A stretch of 37,849 nucleotides of DNA from a virus. Lineage: Duplodnaviria > Caudoviricetes. The position numbers were made by a program, and so were the translations under genes. The notes under the pieces were generated by a model. That model did not search any database. It saw only the letters and a program-made list of their open reading frames with translations, and had not been told where the DNA came from. Shown here one piece after another: positions 35,496 through 37,849 of the stretch; the stretch's first letter is position 1, and each line of letters begins with the position of its first letter. Where the stretch lies: IMG/VR virus record IMGVR_UViG_3300031519_007812, positions 1 to 37,849 of that record; one strand, given 5' to 3'.

Positions 35496-36451
35496 ACGCT
35501 CTTTTAATGCCACACGCTTATGACGATCATGTTAAAAAAGCTGAAGTAGGAAAAAACTGGCAAAATAGATTTCAGTATCTTGTAGACGGACTGTTGGCCA
35601 ATGGCATAAATACTTATAAGCATCCCTTGTTTAAATGCGATTTAAATAACGCTTTAGATTTTTGCGAAGATGTCAAGTACGACATAACTATTTATAATCA
35701 TGCAGACGAGTCTTATAATTACGCAGAAAAAGGAAAATACAATTGGTACTTTAAACCAACAATACCCACAGAAGATCATGCAACTTTAGACCCAATGGGT
35801 TACGGAAGCTACACAGTCGCAACCTACTCCAAGCCTCCATTTTTACAATGTAAATTAAAAGATGCTCAGAACTTTATAGACACTAAAGTCAAAAGCTGGA
35901 TTGATTCTGGAGATTCAAAATGGGGAAAAGTCTTACCTGTAATTGATACGGAAGAAAAAGATTACGTCTTAGTTTTAGCTCAGTGTGAGGCTGATTACTC
36001 AGTAAAGAGGCATGATTTTGGAGATTACACTACTCGCATAAACGCAATTGTTGATGAAATACTTTCTTGCTCAAATAAAAAAATAATCGTTAAAGGTCAT
36101 CCATATTGTAGAGTGTCAATTTTTAATGATGACCCAAGAGTCCAAGTAGTTCGTGGAAAATACTCCTCGCATGAACTAATTAAATACAGTTACTGCGTTG
36201 TTCTTGCTAATAGCGGTGCTGGTTTTGAAGCTCTTTTTCATGACAAACCAGTAATCTGCTGGGGTTATCCAGAATACCATTGGGTAAGTTACGATCTTCG
36301 ACACTTGTGCGATATGAAAAGGGCTTTAAAATTAGATTGGTACAATTCAGGATTCGTAAAGCTTTTTCTTTATTGGTACTTTGAACATTATTGTTTCTTT
36401 GACTCTGCATCAGCGACAAAAAGAGTAAGAAAACTGCTTGACAAAAGTTAA
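35492..36451 (+). CDS. KpsS/KpsC-like capsule polysaccharide biosynthesis protein (putative ulosonate transferase)
   Basis: VLAQ...D, IIVKGHP and NSGAGFEAL..KPV...G..Y. Confidence 0.7.
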   Translation: MNALLMPHAYDDHVKKAEVGKNWQNRFQYLVDGLLANGINTYKHPLFKCDLNNALDFCEDVKYDITIYNHADESYNYAEKGKYNWYFKPTIPTEDHATLDPMGYGSYTVATYSKPPFLQCKLKDAQNFIDTKVKSWIDSGDSKWGKVLPVIDTEEKDYVLVLAQCEADYSVKRHDFGDYTTRINAIVDEILSCSNKKIIVKGHPYCRVSIFNDDPRVQVVRGKYSSHELIKYSYCVVLANSGAGFEALFHDKPVICWGYPEYHWVSYDLRHLCDMKRALKLDWYNSGFVKLFLYWYFEHYCFFDSASATKRVRKLLDKS

Positions 36452-36466
36452 TATCAGCAGTAAGGT
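36438..36466 (+). promoter_or_regulatory. sigma70-type promoter, leaderless geometry
   Basis: TTGACA-17nt-TAAGGT, ending 6 nt before the ATG at 36473. Confidence 0.7.
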
Positions 36467-36472
36467 TTACGC

Positions 36473-37246
36473 ATGGTTCCGCTTTTTAAAAGTCATTACA
36501 GTGTCGGGAAAAGTATCCTAACACTGAAGTCTTCTACCCTTTTATCTGGTAGAGACGATAGTCGGCCAGACTCTATAGTAGATATTGCTGTAGATCATGG
36601 ATTTAAAGAGGTTTTCTTGGTGGAGGATAATATGTCTGGACTTCTTGAGGCATATACTAATCTTTCCGAGCATAATATCAATCTTAACTTTGGTCTTAGG
36701 CTAACAGTATGTGGAGATATTAATGACAAATCTCCAGAAAGCCTTTCGACTGAACATAAAATTGTAATCTTTGCCCCAAATCAGAAGTGTTATAGACAGC
36801 TCATCAAGATCAATGACATCGCCACAAAGCAAGGATTTTATTATGTTCCAAGAATTGACTTGAATCACTTGAGGGAGGCTTATGAAAATTGTCAAGAATT
36901 GATTTTTTGCATTCCATTCTACGATTCATTTATCCACGGCAACGTTCTTCAAAATAAAAAATGTATTCCAGAGTTTGGGAATATTAATCCGATCTTTATG
37001 CTTGAAGAGGGTGATCTTCCGTTTGACGAAATCATTGCAGAAAAAGTATTAGAGTATGATCTAAATGATGCGCCAAAGGACTTAGTAAGAGTCAAGACTT
37101 GCTACTACAAGGATCGTAAAGACTTTGAGTCTTACATGACGTTTAGGGCCATTAACAAAAGAACTTCTCTAGAAAAGCCTAACCTTGAGCATATGTGCAG
37201 CGACGAGTTTTGCTTTGAGTCGTGGAAAGAGCAAAATGAAAATTAA
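36473..37246 (+). CDS. Stand-alone PHP domain of a split DNA polymerase III alpha (DnaE-like)
   Basis: PLFKSHYS..S, GL.L, Y..L.KI...A...GFYYVPRID. It ends at 257 aa with TAA. Confidence 0.8.
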   Translation: MVPLFKSHYSVGKSILTLKSSTLLSGRDDSRPDSIVDIAVDHGFKEVFLVEDNMSGLLEAYTNLSEHNINLNFGLRLTVCGDINDKSPESLSTEHKIVIFAPNQKCYRQLIKINDIATKQGFYYVPRIDLNHLREAYENCQELIFCIPFYDSFIHGNVLQNKKCIPEFGNINPIFMLEEGDLPFDEIIAEKVLEYDLNDAPKDLVRVKTCYYKDRKDFESYMTFRAINKRTSLEKPNLEHMCSDEFCFESWKEQNEN

Positions 37247-37730
37247 AATTACAGACGCTGAGTACTTAATGCTGGCGACTTTAGGCGGGATGAGGTCGCT
37301 TACAGCTAGAAATAATGGCGTTAAAGACGCTAAGATGGGGTCTCAGAGTGGCCTTGAAGCGGATATTGACGGTCTAATAGGCGAGTATGCGTTTTGTAAA
37401 TGGAAAAATATATTTCCAGATTTGGTCCCCGCCCCAAGAAGCGGGAGTGCAGATTGCTTTTATGAAAATCTAAGAATAGATATCAAGACTACAAGGTACA
37501 AAAATGGAAAACTTTTGTCTACATTGAAAAATAATGATGATGTAGATATTTACGCTCTTGCAATTTTAACCGACAGAACTGTAGATTTCAAAGGGTGGAT
37601 AAAAAAGTCAGAGTTAAGACAGGAACAGAACATAAGAGATTTGGGACACGGCAAGGGTTATTGTTTAGATCAGGACAAGCTAAAGCCATTTAAAAAACAC
37701 GTAGTTGCACGTTACGACATTATAAGATGA
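37236..37730 (+). CDS. Hypothetical protein with restriction-endonuclease-like (PD-(D/E)XK) pattern
   Basis: G.IGEYAF, D......IDIKT and GW. Start placed at MKIKIT. Confidence 0.55.
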   Translation: MKIKITDAEYLMLATLGGMRSLTARNNGVKDAKMGSQSGLEADIDGLIGEYAFCKWKNIFPDLVPAPRSGSADCFYENLRIDIKTTRYKNGKLLSTLKNNDDVDIYALAILTDRTVDFKGWIKKSELRQEQNIRDLGHGKGYCLDQDKLKPFKKHVVARYDIIR

Positions 37731-37849
37731 GTGATTTACTAAGATACGACGAATCAAAAGTTCTTACTTTTATTGACTGTGAGACTTTTAATCTCAACCT
37801 AAGCTTTACTTGCAATCGCCCTTGGCAGATTTCTATGATCAAAACTGTC
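37727..37849 (+). CDS. DEDD 3'-5' exonuclease (DnaQ-like), truncated by the window end
   Basis: MSDLLRYDESKVLTFIDCETFNLN...PWQIS contains the ExoI motif DxET. It has an ATGA overlap with the previous gene. Confidence 0.75.
   Translation, partial: MSDLLRYDESKVLTFIDCETFNLNLSFTCNRPWQISMIKTV

Overview
This is a fragment of a large, AT-rich dsDNA bacteriophage genome read in standard genetic code, probably from an aquatic phage. The left half (to about 17.6 kb) is mostly on the minus strand. It carries rIIA/rIIB, a Mom-like DNA-modifying GNAT, two sigma factors, UvsE, tRNA-Arg(UCU), thyX/dut/dCMP deaminase, Hsp20, a glycosyltransferase, a methyltransferase and many small ORFs. The right half is one tightly overlapping plus-strand run. 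It begins with an ORF-free, highly structured stretch of about 420 nt (candidate large ncRNA), then a dNMP kinase, a third sigma factor and a class II RNR. These are followed by a pseudaminic-acid-type nonulosonate cluster with gmd and transferases, and then recA, dnaB, primase, a Cas4-like nuclease, a KpsS-like gene and a split DnaE. The most notable observations are the candidate ncRNA at about 18030-18450, the nonulosonate pathway embedded among replication genes, a tRNA with a compensatory U19-A56 elbow pair, and pervasive leaderless promoter architecture of apparently three classes. All calls come from reading motifs by eye; no database searches or folding programs were run.
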